The notes beneath the pieces were generated by a model. The model worked only from the letters and a program-made list of their open reading frames with translations, was not told where the DNA came from and searched no databases. This document shows, in pieces, positions 1 through 12,480 of a stretch of DNA of 64,000 nucleotides. The position numbers and the translations under genes are program-made. The DNA comes from Eledone cirrhosa (Eukaryota). Numbering within the stretch: position 1 is the stretch's first letter; the number at the start of each line of letters is the position of its first letter. The stretch lies in assembly GCA_964016885.1 (NCBI GenBank), contig OZ024742.1, positions 251,038,001-251,102,000 on the forward strand. Direction: 5' to 3'.

Positions 1-773
1 TCCTTGGAAGCAGTTCAAAATACACAACACCTTTGTAATCCCACCAAATTGACAGCATGACCTTTCTTTGAAGCAACTCAGCTTTCGATGTAGTTTGTGC
101 TGGTTCATTAAGCTTGGACCATGATTGTTTTCGATTGATGTTATTGTAGACAATCCATTTTTCATCACCAGTGATGATTCGTTTTAAAAAAGGTTGATTT
201 CATTGTGTTTGAGATACAAATATTGATTCGTTGTGTTAAGTGAATCTCTTTCAATTTATGTGGAACCCAAATATCGAGCTTCTTAACGAGTCCAAAACAT
301 TTTAAGTGATTTTCAATTGTTGTGCGTGATACATTTAACCTCTCTGCAATCTCTCACACAGTTATATGACAATCAGATTCAATTATGGTTTTGATTCGGT
401 CATCATCAACTTCAGTAGGTCGACCAGAACGTTGGTCATCTTTGAGTGAAAATCTCCAGAACGGAATTTTTAAAACCATTTCTGACATGTGCGTTTTGTT
501 AAGCAATCAACAGCATAAACTTCACATATCTCTTTGAAAACAAAAAAGCAAAATATGGCGAAAATGTTCGTTTTTGCACTCCATATTAAAATTGACACCG
601 AACTGTAAGCAAAACTTTTCGCTAAAATTACGTGCAATTTGCTTCTGAAGTAAGCTAAAAGTAACAGCTATCAAATGTCAAAAGGAAAAATTCATAACAT
701 TGGCAAAAGTCATTTAAAGAAAATGGTAACTATCTATTTGCCATAAACGAAATTACTTTCTTGCCAACCCAAT
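1..773 (-). mobile_element. mariner (Tc1/mariner) transposon relic: left TIR plus frameshifted N-terminal transposase, runs off window start
   Basis: Minus-strand translation gives MECKNEHFRHILL (ATG at 584), LDIWVPHKL (WVPHEL motif), PFLKRIITGDEKWIVYNN (first catalytic D) and WWDYKGVVYFELL. TIR-like TTGGGTTGGCAAGAAAGTAATTTCG at ~748-772 abuts TA repeats. Confidence 0.9.
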
Positions 774-1889
774 ATATATATATATATGGTATATTTTTAC
801 ATATTTACCCATCCGAGTTTGAGTAGAATCATTTTGGTAAAATTTTACATAAACACTAGTCTCGTGTTCGGATAGAAATTACTCCCTCCCTCTTTTTATA
901 CCTGTATTTTAAACGATTCTAAACTTCAAAATCACCTGTAATTATTTATTGTTTTAGTTATATTGGGTGGGCAGGGGGGGGGGGTAACTGACTTTATCCC
1001 TAACACCTGACACCTTGGTAAAGTGAGCCACCAGCAAGGACAAGAACTTCGTTGTCAGCAGCCCAGTTTTCCCTTGTCCCGAACACTAGAGGCTGGAAAA
1101 AAATAGTTTACCGATAATTCCTAGTAGAAGTTCATTCCGTTCTGCTACAGAAGCAGGGATTCTAACCTTTTCTGCAGCATCTAGGGTGTGGGAAGGAATA
1201 ACAGCGTCACTGATTGTAGCATGTCAAATGAGACATCTACTTCATACACAGGGACAAAGGTTAAGACTATCTGGTCCCCTCCCATCAACTCTGGACAATC
1301 CAGCCAACTCCTGAATTGAGGGGATATTTACCCAAGCCAGAACCCGCTTAATAATTAATTTTAGCTTGGTATGGCGAGTGAAGCTGAAGCAAAGTTATTG
1401 GTTGTTGAAGAGGATGATAAACATAACAAATACAATAATTTTGGTTATATATATAACTTTACTTCACTTCAGTTAAAAACGAAAAGGAATATGATTACTT
1501 CAAATCATAAAAATATAAAGTTGATGGTAGCACTCACAAATGAATATAGTGTCGAGAAAGGTCTCTGTGTTGTGCTGGAGAATCTTTGTTATTATGAAGA
1601 GGTAGATAATTCTGTGTGGTCGAAGTGCCGATGGAAGAATTACTGATGGAAGAATTGCCCTTTTTGACAGGGCCGAAGATATTTATTACATCTTATTACT
1701 TCCTTGAGCAGGTCGAAGTGATGCTTCTCTTCCGAGCTACCAGACTACTGATGCCAACTGAGATAAAGAGAAATAGCAACCAGATGTCATTCGGGGTCAG
1801 TGTGTGTGAAGAGATTTCGCTACAAAACAACATGCATTCAGGCGCCAGTCAAACCATGAAGAGCTGTGGAGTTGTGCCTACCACAGCAA

Positions 1890-2060
1890 CTGTATCTGGC
1901 ATGTTTTCTACGGCTGGATGCCCTTCCTAACACCAACCACATTTACAATGTGGACTGAGAGCCTTTTTACTGTGTCTCCTACATGACCACTTTACGGCGT
2001 GGACTGGGTTCTTTTTGTTGACACCTACACGACCATTTACAGTGTGTACTTGGTACCAAC
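1890..2060 (+). repeat. interspersed SINE-like repeat core (GGCTGGATGCCCTTCCTAACACCAACCAC)
   Basis: Same motif recurs at ~46990, ~47130, ~51175 and reverse-complemented at ~59000-59600. Confidence 0.6.
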
Positions 2061-2199
2061 ATAACTTTATAGAGAAAGGGTGGTGTGGGTGGAAGTGGGA
2101 AGATGGAGTAAGGGTAGTGGGGTGTATATTTGGTTAAGAGGTGCCTACTGACTGTAGGTTTAACTTTGTATGTAAAGGAAGGTGTAGCGCCAAAGGTCT

Positions 2200-3301
2200 T
2201 GATCCAGTGACGGTATCTTAGAGAGGTGTAAGTGTGCAAGCTCAGTTTTTATCATGTCGTCCCAGGTTTTTCTGGATTTACCTACTCCATAGCTTCCATC
2301 AATTTTGATCGCCCTGCACTTCTTTATATAGCTGTCGTCTTTCATGCGCATCACATGACCATACCAACATAATCTCCTCTCAAGTAAACAGCATCTGATC
2401 CCTCTTATTCCTAATTTCTCACTTAGTTCATTTATGGTTTACCGTTGGTGTATATTACCTTTACACATCCAACGGAGCATGCATACTTCGTTCCTTTCCA
2501 ATCTGTGAAGGTCCTCAGCACACAATGCTCATGTTTCACTGCCATGTAACATTGCTGTTTGTATACAAGCATCATATAATCTGCCTTTCATTTTTAGAGA
2601 GAAACCTTTTGTAGCCAACAGCGGTATTAGCTCTCTGAACTGTTTCCATCTCGTTCTAACTCTGGCTACTGTACTTTCAGAAGAGCACCCTCCTCCACTG
2701 CTGATTTTGTCACCCAGGTAACGGAAAGTGTCTACTATTTCTAGAGAACTATCTGGGTAGTTGAAGGAGCTAGTATCCAGTGGGCACTTGCTACTTAGTG
2801 CACCTGAGCATCTGCCACATATAAAATCTACATTCTTAGATAGCTTTCCTGTGATCCCACTACATATTTCATGTACCCATTGTTTGTATTTGGGGCATAG
2901 AATGGAATTTCTACTTACTCCTTTCCAACACACTCAGCATGGCCATTTCCCAGAGGGCACATGTGCCCTATTTTCCTTTCTACATACTAGAACTTTAGTC
3001 TTAGACAAGTTAATTTTAAGGCCTTTTGATTCTAGGCCATGCTTCCATGTTTAGAATTTCTTCTCTAGTTCAGCCATAGATTCAGCTATGAGAGTTAGAT
3101 AATCTGCATATAGAAGTTCCCAAGGGCAGCTGCTCTTAAACTTTTCTGTAATAGTCTGTAGGGCAATAATAAACTGGAGGTGGCTTAGGACAGAGCCTTG
3201 ATGAACACCTACTTTTACGCAAAATTCTTCACTATATTCATTATTAATTCTAACATTCCTGACTGTTCTTCTATACATGGGTTGTATAGCTCTCACAAGC
3301 C

Positions 3302-3306
<5 letters not shown>
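2200..3306 (-). mobile_element. RTE-clade LINE fragment (RT C-terminal half plus downstream region), degenerate
   Basis: ORFs 3051-3296 (VGVHQGSVLS..ELLYADYL), 2529-2933 (FRYLGD..KGRLYDAC..MLHGSET) and 2160-2354 (RKTWDD), broken by stops. Confidence 0.85.

Positions 3307-3382
<76 letters not shown>
3307..3382. repeat. (TA)n microsatellite at the left end of the Penelope element
   Basis: Directly visible. Confidence 0.98.
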
Positions 3383-3387
<5 letters not shown>

Positions 3388-4274
3388 GTTTGTATTTGTA
3401 AAGCCAAAACAATGCAGGTATGGATATAGAATATAAATGCAAATGCAAAAGATATTGTTGACAATTAGTCTTTTACCTTAAATTTATTTAAATATCCTTA
3501 ATTTTCGAGATAATATCTCTTCTTCGGAGGGAAGTAAAGTTGTTAAACCAGCGTTCTAAATAGCTTGCCAAGTCATTCTGACAGGAAATGGTATAGAGAA
3601 TCTGTTCTATCTCTAATGTCAAAGAGTGAAGGTTAGGTGGATAAAGAGTAGTCTCCCTTTAAAAGGGGTTTTGTACATGTATGTTTAAGTGTGTGGGAGA
3701 ATACGTGAAGGTGTAAGTATGTGTGTGTGAGAGAGAGTGTGAGAAGATGTCTATACGTAAATGTGGGGGATAGATGCTCTATCGTGTTAAAACTGGTCTT
3801 TGTGTGTGTGAGAGAGAATAAGTGGAGGTGTAAGCGTGTGTGTGTGTGTACGTGTGCATGTGTGTGATAGGGGGGGGGGGGGGGTAAGTATGGGGCTAGG
3901 TGCTCTATCAGGTGACCTCCTCAGCCTGGGTCCCAAGTTCATATTGAAACAGAGACTGGACGACAAATTATGGCCCGACATAGAAACGAATTTCTGTCGA
4001 GCTGCCTACCAACTAAAATTGATATCGACTCTCGGCAACAACACCACGGAATCTAACAAACCCAGATTCCCGATATACCAACTGGATCGCCCACTCTGTC
4101 CACCGCGAGCTTGAAGAAAAACTCTCGAGGCTAAAACATTCCGTATTTAACATCTTACGGAAACAGAAGAAGATAGCCCCAAACCTCTCCAGGACACAAC
4201 AACTCGCCCTGAAGAACCTACGGAATAGGGAACTTATATACTTACCATCCAACAAAGGTAAAGAGTTTTGTGTC

Positions 4275-5897
4275 ATGTCTCAAGCCACATACAACAACCT
4301 AGCCTTTGAACACCTAAGCGACAATGAATTATATACAGAGATCCCGGACATGACTGCAGCCCAGATCGAAAAACAGGCCAACTCCATCTGGTTCGACATC
4401 TGTAGGAGAAGACAACTCCCAAATAAAGTTAAGCTCAACTACACCACTAGAAATAGCAGACTGCCCACTTTCTACCACCTCATCAAGACCCACAAGAATA
4501 GTACTAAGACACAAATAAGACCCATCGTCTCTAGCATAGAAGGACCCCTATACAAAATCTCCTGGCTTCTCTCCCAGGTCCTCAAGCCTCTACTCTCCAC
4601 CTATCCCGGGCATGTCAGTAGCTCCGACGAAGTCATACGTAGACTACACCAACTCCAACCAGAACAACTTAAACTAAATAGATACGCCTTTGGCCTCGAC
4701 GTTGTCTCCCTTTACACTACAGCCCCTGCTCATCCAGCTGTCGATTTATTGACGGACTGCGTGGTTGCAGAGGACATCCACTGCTACGGCCTACATCCGA
4801 CGGACATACACCAGCTTTTGTCCTTCACAGTGGACAACACGTACTTCACCTTCCATTACCACACATACAGACAGACAACAGGATTACCCATGGGATCCAG
4901 CCTATCGGGCCTGCTATCCATCACCTATATGAACCAGCTAGAATGCCGAGCCCTCAACACCTGCCATTCCCCTACCTTCTTCACCCGATATGTAGATGAC
5001 ATACTCATCCTTACATCATCCTGTGAGGAGGCGGATAAAATATACACGACATTCTCCAGCATGGACGCCAGTATAAAGTTCAGCATGGAACACCCCGATG
5101 ACCGCGGATCCTTATCCCTACTGGACTTCCAACTCAGGGTAACAGAGGAAGGCAACATCCACATCTGCTTCTATAAAAAAGCCGCCAGCAGGGACCTGTT
5201 TGTACATTTCAGATCGGCCCTCCCAGCCGGCACTAAGTTCGGATACATAAGGAACGAACTAACACATATCCGGAACAAATGCACTGACGCTAGAGACCGA
5301 GACACACACACCACACATTTCCTGGAAGTACTCAAACTGAATGGATACCCGACGTCCACCACGAACCGTGCCAGAAAGAACAGAGGACACCACACCCGAG
5401 GCACTAATACCTGCTTCCTGAAGCTCCCACACTTAAGTGAGGAAACAACAACAGCCATCCGCAGAGCTATCAGACGAGAGGGACTAGATATCCAGCTAGC
5501 CCACTCAGGACCTTCTCTACGCGGAGGGCTAACCAAAAGACACTCCACCAGACATGACAGCCGCTGTAGGCTAGCCAACTGCCCCATCAACGACACAGAC
5601 CTATGCCACCAGGCTTATGTCGTATACAGATTAGAGTGCGACAAATTCAGCAACTTCTACGTAGGTAGCACCACCAGACTACTTCACATAAGAATAAAAG
5701 AACACCTCAATACTAACACTTCCTCATTTAAGAAACACCTAGTGAAATGCAAAAACACCGACAAAAACATAACAGTTAGGATAGAAACTAAGGAAAGAAA
5801 CCTCGGTAATCTTAGAATTAAGGAAGCACTGATTATAGACAAAACACAACCACCAATCAATAATAGACTAGAACTCAACACCCAATTTATAACCTGA
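4275..5897 (+). CDS. Penelope-type reverse transcriptase plus GIY-YIG endonuclease (N-terminally truncated, 540 aa open)
   Basis: LPTFYHLIKTHK..RPIVS, LDVVSLYT, GLPMGSSLS, TRYVDDIL, SLLDF, C-terminal YVVYRLEC..FYVGST..RIKEH..KEALII..INN. Upstream 3914-4274 is a disrupted continuation. Confidence 0.93.
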   Translation: MSQATYNNLAFEHLSDNELYTEIPDMTAAQIEKQANSIWFDICRRRQLPNKVKLNYTTRNSRLPTFYHLIKTHKNSTKTQIRPIVSSIEGPLYKISWLLSQVLKPLLSTYPGHVSSSDEVIRRLHQLQPEQLKLNRYAFGLDVVSLYTTAPAHPAVDLLTDCVVAEDIHCYGLHPTDIHQLLSFTVDNTYFTFHYHTYRQTTGLPMGSSLSGLLSITYMNQLECRALNTCHSPTFFTRYVDDILILTSSCEEADKIYTTFSSMDASIKFSMEHPDDRGSLSLLDFQLRVTEEGNIHICFYKKAASRDLFVHFRSALPAGTKFGYIRNELTHIRNKCTDARDRDTHTTHFLEVLKLNGYPTSTTNRARKNRGHHTRGTNTCFLKLPHLSEETTTAIRRAIRREGLDIQLAHSGPSLRGGLTKRHSTRHDSRCRLANCPINDTDLCHQAYVVYRLECDKFSNFYVGSTTRLLHIRIKEHLNTNTSSFKKHLVKCKNTDKNITVRIETKERNLGNLRIKEALIIDKTQPPINNRLELNTQFIT

Positions 5898-6258
5898 TAG
5901 AGCACCTAGCCCCATACTTACACCACCACTCACACACACGCACACATACGCTTACACCTCCACTTATTCTCTCTCTCTCACACACACACAAAGACCAGTT
6001 TTAACACAATAGAGGATCTATCCCCCACATTTACGTATAGACATATCTTCTCACACTCACACACACACACACTTACACCTTCACGTATTCTCCCACACAC
6101 TTAAACATACATGTACAAAACCCCTTTTAAAGGGAGACTACTCTTTATCCACCTAACCTTCACTCTTTGACATTAGAGATAGAACAGATTCTCTATACCA
6201 TTTCCTGTCAGCATGACTTGGCAAGCTATTTAGAACGCTGGTTTAACAACTTTACTTC

Positions 6259-6293
6259 CCTCCGAAGAAGAGATATTATCTCGAAAATTAAGG
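6259..6293 (+). ncRNA. minimal hammerhead-ribozyme-like motif in the Penelope pLTR (variant core CCGAAGA)
   Basis: cct-CCGAAGA-a-GAGATA t TATCTC-GAA-AATT-A-agg: stem II hairpin, palindromic stem III, 3-bp stem I. Copies at ~6982, ~50753 and inverted at ~3495 and ~50670. Confidence 0.55.
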
Positions 6294-6401
6294 ATATTTA
6301 AATAAATTTAAGGTAAAAGACTAATTGTCAACAATATCTTTTGCATTTGCATTTATATTCTATATCCATACCTGCATTGTTTTGGCTTTACAAATACAAA
6401 C

Positions 6402-6451
<50 letters not shown>

Positions 6452-6457
<6 letters not shown>

Positions 6458-6918
6458 GGCTTGTGAGAGCTATACAACCCATGTATAGAAGAACAGTCAG
6501 GAAGGTTAGGATTAACAATGAATATAGTGAAGAATTTTGCGTAAAAGTAGGTGTTCATCAAGGCTCTGTCCTAAGCCACCTCCAGTTTATTATTGCCCTA
6601 CAGACTATTACAGAAAAGTTTAAGAGCAGCTGCCCTTGGGAACTCCTATATGCAGATTATCTAACCCTCATAGCTGAATCTATGGCTGAACTAGAGAAGA
6701 AATTTTAAACATGGAAGCATGGCCTAGAATCAAAAGGCCTTAAAATTAACTTGTCTAAGACTAAAGTTCTAGTATGTAGAAAGGAAAATAGGGCACATGT
6801 GCCCTCTGGGAAATGGCCATGCTGAGTGTGTTGGAAAGGAGTAAGTAGAAATTCCATTCTATGCCCCAAATACAAACAATGGGTACATGAAATATGTAGT
6901 GGGATCACAGGCAAGCTA
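6452..6918 (+). repeat. inverted duplicate of flanking RTE sequence 2841-3306
   Basis: Near-identical reverse complement (ORF 6325-6708 ends with the same peptide as 3051-3296), with a few substitutions. Confidence 0.92.
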
Positions 6919-7183
6919 TACCATTTCCTGTCAGCATGACTTGGCAAGCTATTTAGAACGCTGGTTTAACAACTTTACTTCCCTCCGAAGAAGAGATATT
7001 ATCTCGAAAATTAAGGATATTTAAATAAATTTAAGGTAAAAGACTAATTGTCAACAATATCTTTTGCATTTGCATTTATATTCTATATCCATACCTGCAT
7101 TGTTTTGGCTTTACAAATACAAACGTTTATACCTCATTACACAATGCTTCAAGTGAACTATAACTTCCTCCATATATATATAT

Positions 7184-7420
7184 AACAAAAGAATTGTGGT
7201 AAGGAACCAGATGGACCATAACGCACCAGAGTACTCAATACTTAGGGTAGTAGAGTGGGAAATAGGAAAAAGTATGAAAAAACGGCTTGAGCTCTGCCGT
7301 CGGGGTCATAATTTTTCCTATTAATCTGTTATTTTAATAAATATTTGCTCTACGGTTCTTATATATTTGATATATATTTATCCTTATCGAGCCCTCTTTG
7401 GATTTTAGTCTTCAAAATTG
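7184..7420. repeat. fragment of a second (TA)n-associated repeat family (probable Penelope pLTR)
   Basis: GTAAGGAACCAG.TGGACCATAACGCACCA..GTACTCAATACTT is shared with 51715-51805 and 52222-52490; contains AAACGGCTTGAGCTC..GTCGGGG, a hammerhead-like 3' half. Confidence 0.55.
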
Positions 7421-7427
7421 TTATTAT

Positions 7428-7473
<46 letters not shown>

Positions 7474-7476
7474 AAT

Positions 7477-8102
7477 GACAAAATATGAGGAAATAATAGA
7501 CAAAAATATACCTATTTTTTCTTCAAAGTCCCGACTGCAGTTTCGCCGATCCGTGTGCATCGATTTCTGCACTATAAAAGTACATCATCGCTGTGAGGTT
7601 GATACGGCTTATCAAGAGACCCCTCAGAAAAGAGGACTGTTTCTTGACGCATTCATAGCAAGTGAGAAAGTCTCATAGGCGGAGGGAGAGATTAACACGT
7701 GATACAGTGGTAAAAAAAAAAGGATTGTTTCTTTCGTAGCAAGTGAGAATATCTCGAGAGGCGGGGAGAGAGATAAACACATGATACAGTGGTCACAGAA
7801 GGGTAGTAAGGTGGACAGTGAGCGAATAATTTAATTGCTAGAAAAAGCAGTTAATACACTCGTGGTTAACTCGACCATAGGGAGTTTGGGACAATATAAT
7901 GATGAAATACACACACATATTTATATGTATATGTATGTGTGTGTGGTGTCTGCCTTAACAAGTTTTGATCGATGACCGAAAGAGCCAAAATAATCAAAAT
8001 AATTAAATTAACTCCATAATCAGAGCTATTTATCAAATTACAAAATATGAGGAAATAATAGACAAAAATATACCTATTTTTTCTTCAAAGTCCTGACTGC
8101 AG
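7477..8102. repeat. (TA)n-flanked segment with ~63-bp direct terminal repeats (7478-7540 / 8040-8102) and a truncated minus-strand hammerhead half
   Basis: CAAAATATGAGGAAATAATAGACAAAAATATACC..GACTGCAG occurs at both ends. Minus strand reads GAA-ACTGCAGT-C after a hairpin but lacks CTGANGA. Confidence 0.5.
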
Positions 8103-8137
<35 letters not shown>

Positions 8138-8161
8138 AGTGGTTACACAACAGTTAGTTCA

Positions 8162-8211
8162 CCATACCGAGAACAATTGTTTCACCTTAGCGGATCCTCA
8201 GCTCGTAATGG
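8162..8211 (-). ncRNA. type I hammerhead ribozyme motif
   Basis: Minus strand: ccat-ta-cgag CTGAGGA t-cc-gctaa-gg-t GAA ACAATTGT T ctcg-gt-atgg. Intact core, palindromic stem III, interrupted stem I, weak stem II. Confidence 0.65.
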
Positions 8212-9399
8212 ACATGGTTATACGGAACAGGAAGGACAACCGTTCGAACGCGCATGCGCAGAAACGATTACTTCACACAGGCAATACTAAATTGCGTGCG
8301 AGAGGTGTAAGGGAGATAAATGCGAAAGTCCGAAAGTTTCTAGTTGATAAGAAAATTAGGATGTTGTTGTAATTCAATCCGGAGCTTTGTAGTTATGTAA
8401 GAGGTGTTTCCAGACGTGTGGACAACGTGTGAAGAATTCATTTCACTATTGCGTAATCTCTTTAGAATATTTATTCGTTCATCAATACATAGTCCACACG
8501 ACGGATTTCCCCTTGCTAAGTCTTAGCTTCTACCTTCAATGAGTTAGGACTTAGGATAACAGTAGCTACCAACCTCTCTAGCGTAGATTTCTTAGACATT
8601 AATTTAGACCTTCGCACACACACCTACAGACCCTTCCATAAGCTAAACGAAAAATTCAATTACATTCACAAGGACTCATGCCACCCTCCCACTGGGTGTA
8701 TATATATATATACACACACAAACATACACGTATATATATGTATAAGTATAAGTGTGGTACTAGAAAAACAGGAAGAACTAGGCAGGAAGAAGTGGTCTGT
8801 AGAAGAAATTTATTGAGTTTTCAATCTTTATCATATGTTTCTGTACAATTACATAACAAGCCAGATAGACCCACACTTCTTCCCCAGCACAAGGGGTCAT
8901 ACAAGGACTGGCATAGAAACAACACATGCCACCAGTCCCTCAATCATAATAAGAAAATAAACCTGAATACAACTGCATAGGGCCTTTCCGATTTTTTCCT
9001 CAAATGTTTTTCTCCACTCTTATATCCCCAATTTGGCCATGCCCCCCATTTCTCTCCCATCCACACACCCCTATAGCCCTTTAAACCAATCAAATTTCAG
9101 CAGCGCAAATACATTACACTCTAAACTCAATTTCTATCGTGATAACAACTTCTTCTTCTGCTAATACTACTACTAACCATAGTTATGGGCCTGATTATTG
9201 TTTCGTATGACAAATGGACTACAGAGTTGGAGAGTTAGAGCATTCCTAAAGATGAATAGGAATCCACCTTCCATCTCTGGACAACCCCGCAAACACACCT
9301 CTTTATTTCAGACATGGAGAACCAAAACCAACACAAATTCTACTCACTCCCTCCACCAAGTTTACATCTACTTCCTCTCACCCTTCCAGTGAACTCCAT

Positions 9400-10765
9400 A
9401 ACTTCAGAGCTAGCACTTTCCATGTAGTCACAATGAAAGGTAGATCAGGAAAGATAGTAGAGATGCTTGAATGAAAGAAAGTTGATGTTTGCTGTGTACA
9501 AGAGACTAGATAGAGGGGAATATCAGCTAGATTCCTAATGGAAAAAAAAAACCATGCTACAAATGTTTCTGGGTGGAAAATGACAATGGGCTGAGTGGAG
9601 AAAGGATTATTTTAGCAGAAAAATGGGTAGATAAGGTTATTGCTGAAAATAGAATGAATGAAAGAATCATTAAAATTAGACTAGTATTAAATAGAACAAC
9701 CATGGCAATTATATCTGCTTATGCACCCCTATCTGGTCTGCTGGGCATACTAAAAGACAAGTTCTACGAGTCCCTAATGCACACTACTTCCCAAATAAGT
9801 AATAGTGCCTTCATAATCATTGAGGCAACTTTACTGGGCATGTTGAGCAACATTGTGATGGCTTTGATGGGATCCAGGTGGGGTTATGGGTTTGATGCTA
9901 GAAATGAGGAAGGTTTCAGGCTCCTCGAATTCTGTGATGCCAATGATCTATCTATTTGTAACATGAACTTCAAAACACAAGACAATCACTTGATCACCTA
10001 TAGATCAAGGGAGCATATCAGCCAGATAGATTTTATCCTTACTAGAAGATGAGACAGAGAGATAGCTGTAAATACAAAATCTCTCGCTGGTAAAGAATGT
10101 ACCTCGCAATACAACCTAGTTGTTAATGGCCTTATAGTTAAGGCCAGACAAACTCAACAACAGAAGACAACCTTGACGAGAAAAATGTGTAAGTTAAATG
10201 ACCCTGCTGCCAGTAACAAATTTAGTAAGGAAGAGCAAATAGATACATAAAATATAGAGGAGGGAGCAGTGGAAATTCCTAAAAGATAACCTACTGAAGG
10301 CGACAAATGAAATCTGTGGTTGGAGCAGATCTCTAGGAAGAAGGAGAGTAACTTGATGGTGGAACAATAGGGAGGAGGAGACAATTAAGGCAAAGAGACA
10401 GGCATGGAAAGAATGGTGGGATGAGGTAAGTAGAGAAAATAAAAAAAATTAACCATGTTCTGCAATACAAGGACCAAAAGCGTGAGGTGTTCAGGATTGT
10501 GTGACAGTGTCTTAGGGAGAATTGTGATGCCAGTGAGAAGAGTGTCTGTGGTGATAATGGAAGACTCGCCCCCACTGGTGCTGAAAAGAAGATAGCATGG
10601 ATGTGCCATTATGAAAGATTATTAAATGAGGAGAATGTGATAAAGATAGTTTACCCCAAGTTGACCCAACAGAGGGACCGGCTGTGCAAATTAACAGTAG
10701 TATAGTAAGTAAGGCATCAAGGATATGAAGTCAGGCAAAGCAGCTGGACCTTTAGGGATAGTTTC
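9400..10765 (+). mobile_element. RTE-clade LINE relic (APE endonuclease and linker)
   Basis: TMKGRSGKIVEML..VCCVQETR; ORF 9573-10052 IISAYAP..RNEEGFRLLEFC..SQIDFIL; homologous to 57600-58370. Confidence 0.85.
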
Positions 10766-11735
10766 TGAGAGCATATGGGATGGTAGGTCACCATCTTTGG
10801 CAGGTGATGGTCTACCATTCTGAAGACATGCCCCACCCAGTGCAGCTGTGTCTTCATAAAAGTGGCCTTAATGCTGGAGGGGGTTCTTGATTTTCTCGAG
10901 GACTTCTGTGTTGGTGACATAGTCACTCTTGTGGATGTTTAGTATAGTGTGCAGACAGTGTTGGTGGAATCTCTCCAGGAGGTGTGTGAGACAGCAATAC
11001 AAGACCCATGACCCAGAGCCATTTAAAAGAGTGGTAAATACTGAGCTCTGTCTCTATTTTGAGGTTGTTATTTCTCCACACTCTCTTGTTAAATCACTCA
11101 AAGGCTTTGGCTAGTCTGTTTTCCAATTCCTTGTTGATTATAGTATTGGTGAAAATTACACTCCCAAGATAGAAGAACTGCTGCACATCATTCAGCTTAG
11201 TCTGCTTGATGTAAATATTTGGTAGATGGTATACATCCTGGCTTGTGGAAGATTTCTGTTTTCTTCAAGCTAAGTTCTAGGCCAAAGAGATCAGAAGCAA
11301 TTGCAAAACATGAAATGAGGCCATGCATGGCTCTTTCAGTTTGTGCAACAAGTGCAGCTTTGTCAGAAAACAGGAGCTCTTGAATCAGATTTTCAGTTGT
11401 TTAGGTGTGTGTCTGCAACTGTTGCAGGTTGAAGTGTCTTCCATAGTCCTCTTGTAGGTCCTTCGTGGCTTGTTTTTACATCTCGTTGATAAATAAAGAG
11501 AACAGAGTTGGGATAAGAATGCAACCTAGCTTCACAATGTAGGTAATTTGGAAAGGTTATTACAAGTTATTCCCAAGCCTAATCTGACCAAGTTGCCTGT
11601 CCTGGAGCTGGGTGATCACGATGAAGAACTTTGGTGAGCATCTCAGCTTTTCCAAAATTTCCCAGTCCCTCTCTGCACACTGTATTGATCGCTTTGGTCA
11701 AATCAACAATGGTGATGAACAGACCTCTGTTTTGT
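10766..11735 (-). mobile_element. degenerate RTE-like LINE RT fragment (different family)
   Basis: KTQLHWVGHVFRMVDHHLPK in ORF 10717-10926; IVDLTKAINTV-like RT motif near 11690-11715 on the minus strand; many stops. Confidence 0.7.
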
Positions 11736-12044
11736 TCATGGTGTGTGTGAGAGAGTGTGTGTGGGGTGTGTGAGTGTGTGTGTGCATGTGTGCATGTGTG
11801 TGAGTGTGTACGCTAGCTCTACAATGTGCACCATCTTCCAGTTGTGTGCCACATTCACCCATGCCAAATTATATTACAGGGCATAACAACATATGATAGT
11901 TTCCACCACTTGAGATATTTCCACAATGCTGCTATGTGGCAAAAATGTTTAACAATTTATTTATTGATTGAAGGAAATTATCATATATTTAATTGAATTA
12001 TACAAATCTGTGAAAAAAATCTGTGATCCTTTAAGGTTCAGTAA

Positions 12045-12480
12045 TGTGCATCCTTGGTGACTTTGATCCTTTTATATGGAAGTGAGAGTTTGACTATCAC
12101 AACTGATATGGAACAAATAATCCAAGTATTTGAGAACAAGTGCCTCAAAAGGCTGCTACACATCTTGTACATGAAGCATAAAAACAACTTTGTCAGGCAG
12201 CAAGTTAAAAAATATGCTGGCAGATGGGAACCACTCCTAGCAATGGTGAAAAGATGGAAGCTTGCCTGGTATGGTCATGTATCCTGTCACAACTCCTTGT
12301 CTAAATCCATCATTCAGGGCACTGCCAAGGGAGGGTGAAGAAGAGACAAAGAAAATCCTGATCTAACAACATTAAAGACTGAACTGATTACAACACCAAG
12401 ACTCTTCTACACATGACAGAGGATAGAGGTCAGTAGCAATGGCTGACTATGAGAGCATCTAGAGTGGCACCCCCAATGAC
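12045..12480 (+). mobile_element. RTE-like LINE 3' fragment
   Basis: ORF 12054-12338 ILLYGSESLT..FENKCLKRLL..RWKLAWYGHV..SKSIIQG. Confidence 0.8.

Larger units (their letters stand above)
3383..7171 (+). mobile_element. Penelope-like element, 5'-truncated: inverted pLTR (3383-3913), ORF, pLTR (5893-6407), second partial pLTR plus tail (6917-7171)
   Basis: 3383-3913 is the reverse complement of 5893-6407; 6917-7130 directly repeats ~6196-6407; RT plus GIY-YIG ORF in between; ends embedded in (TA)n. Confidence 0.92.

Noticed and set aside
1371-1930. Two short plus-strand ORFs (91 and 104 aa)
   Set aside because: No recognisable motif and non-ATG start for one; cannot support as a gene.
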